This document shows positions 62,769 through 64,000 of a stretch of DNA of 64,000 bases, piece by piece (position 1 is the stretch's first letter; every line of letters starts with the position of its first letter). The notes under the pieces were generated by a model. That model was not told the DNA's origin and ran no database searches. It worked only from the letters and a program-made list of their open reading frames with translations. Source of the DNA: an uncultured Dehalococcoidia bacterium (GTDB lineage Bacteria; Chloroflexota; Dehalococcoidia; Lucifugimonadales; UBA1127); the NCBI GenBank assembly GCA_964436745.1, contig CAYTEC010000003.1, forward strand, positions 5,879 through 69,878, in the 5' to 3' direction. The position numbers and the translations under genes are program-made.

Positions 62769-64000
62769 ATGGCCGGTCCGCTGGATGGCGTAAGAATCCT
62801 CGACTTCACTGAGATCATCGCGGGCCCGTTCGGGGCCATGCTCCTCGCCGACATGGGCGCGGACGTAGTGAAGGTGGAGCCGCCGTGGGGCGAGCCGTGG
62901 CGCACCAGCCAGCCGTTCATGCCCCTGGAGAGCCGCACCTACATCGGCCTGAACCGGGGCAAGCGGAGCCTCCCCCTGGACCTGACCAAGGCGGAGGCGC
63001 GGGAGATCGTCTACAAGCTCATCCCCAACATTGACGTGGTCGTCGTCAACTACCGGCCGGACGTCCCCTACAACCTGGGCATCGACTACGAGACGCTGTC
63101 CGCCCTGAACCCACGGCTCGTCTACTGCGAGAACACCGCCTATGGGTCCAGCGGCCCCCACCGGCTCCGGCCAGGCTACGACATCATCATCCAGGCGTTG
63201 AGCGGCCTGGCCGCCGGCAACGGCAAGCTCGTGGATGGCGTGCCGCAGCAGATCAACCCCGCGGTGGCCGACTTTGCTACGGGCATCGCCGTCGCCTGGG
63301 GAGTCTGCGGGGCGCTGTACGCGCGGGAGCGCACGGGGCGCGGCCAGAAGGTGGAGGCAACGCTGCTCGCGACCGCCCTCGCCGTGCAGAGCGGTCGGTT
63401 CCTCCAGGTGGACCGCGTCGACAGCGACAGCCACCAGGAGTTCCTTGAGGACTTGGCAATCCTACGGGCCGAAGGCCGACCCTACGAAGAGGTCCAGGCG
63501 CGCTACGAGGGGGTGCGGGCGCGCAGGTATGGCAACATCTACTACCGCGTGTTCCAGACGAAGGACAGCGTCGTCGCGGTTGGCTGCCTGAGCGAGCCGC
63601 TTCGCAAGAAGATGGCCGATGCACTGGGGCTGCGCGACATCCGATTCGAGCCTGGCTACGACCCGAACAGCGAGGAGGCGCGCATCTTCGGCGACGACCT
63701 GACCGCCAATGCGACGGCCCTCTTCCGCGAGAAGACCACCGACGAATGGGTCGCGCTCCTGGACGCCGCGGGCGTCCCGTGCGGGCCGATGAAGTTCACG
63801 GAGGAGCTGCTGGACGACGAGCAGGTGTTGGCCAACGACCTGGTCGTGGAGCTGGAGCACTCGCTGGCCGGCCCGATGAAGATGGTCGGGCCGGTCCTAC
63901 GCATGAGCGACACGCCCCTGGAGGCGAGGTCGGCGTCGCCCGCCCTGGGACAGCACACCGATGAAGTGCTGGTGAGCATCGGCTACAGCCCGGAGGACAT
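62769..64000 (+). CDS. CoA transferase, CaiB/BaiF (family III) type; 3' end beyond the window
   Basis: LDGVRILDFTEIIAGPFGAMLLADMGADVVKVEPP, LNRGKRS, VVVNYRPD and PGYDIIIQALSGL are present. The frame is open to the window end and so is absent from the ORF track. Confidence 0.85.
   Translation, partial: MAGPLDGVRILDFTEIIAGPFGAMLLADMGADVVKVEPPWGEPWRTSQPFMPLESRTYIGLNRGKRSLPLDLTKAEAREIVYKLIPNIDVVVVNYRPDVPYNLGIDYETLSALNPRLVYCENTAYGSSGPHRLRPGYDIIIQALSGLAAGNGKLVDGVPQQINPAVADFATGIAVAWGVCGALYARERTGRGQKVEATLLATALAVQSGRFLQVDRVDSDSHQEFLEDLAILRAEGRPYEEVQARYEGVRARRYGNIYYRVFQTKDSVVAVGCLSEPLRKKMADALGLRDIRFEPGYDPNSEEARIFGDDLTANATALFREKTTDEWVALLDAAGVPCGPMKFTEELLDDEQVLANDLVVELEHSLAGPMKMVGPVLRMSDTPLEARSASPALGQHTDEVLVSIGYSPED

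Overview
64-kb slice of a high-GC bacterial chromosome. My hand counts of 60-nt samples give about 68% G+C inside secA, against 57% and 53% in two small islands. Coding density is very high. I call about 65 protein genes, 2 tRNAs, 4 decayed genes, one tandem-repeat block, a dozen sigma70-like promoters (near-consensus TTGACA/TATAAT boxes, two apparently leaderless) and a few hairpin terminators. Most genes are housekeeping: mnmA, rnhB, thiE, glyQS, folK-folP, mdh plus an IDH-family gene, a biotin transcarboxylase-like cluster, xerD, uvrC, dnaN, larB, an acpS-nnr-coaX-coaBC CoA operon, valS, secA, prs, purA, a family-4 UDG, rnj, ftsK and a fused accD-accA. Single-chain GlyRS, RNase J, a bacterial translin, fused AccDA and the FDKLRxNG/VSLSNH-type repeat suggest a Chloroflexota (Thermomicrobia-like) or related Terrabacteria host; this is inference only. 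The best candidate for something new is a lower-GC 233-aa ORF that starts 1 nt after the uvrC stop. Its motif order looks like a DarT/DUF4433 DNA ADP-ribosyltransferase, but it has no macrodomain (DarG) partner. It faces a convergent, leaderless orphan gene whose promoter is flanked by an inverted repeat. Other points worth a second look: a 53%-GC island with a PD-(D/E)xK nuclease-like orphan; a PolX N-terminal-only protein translationally coupled to an unknown protein downstream of secA; a two-module toxin-antitoxin islet (decayed hicBA plus a MazF with an atypical antitoxin); 115-bp tandem repeats built on a dispersed 23-bp core; and a long leader in front of the CoA operon. All family assignments come from motif recognition by eye and memory. 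No search was run, and start codons are the least certain part of the coordinates.
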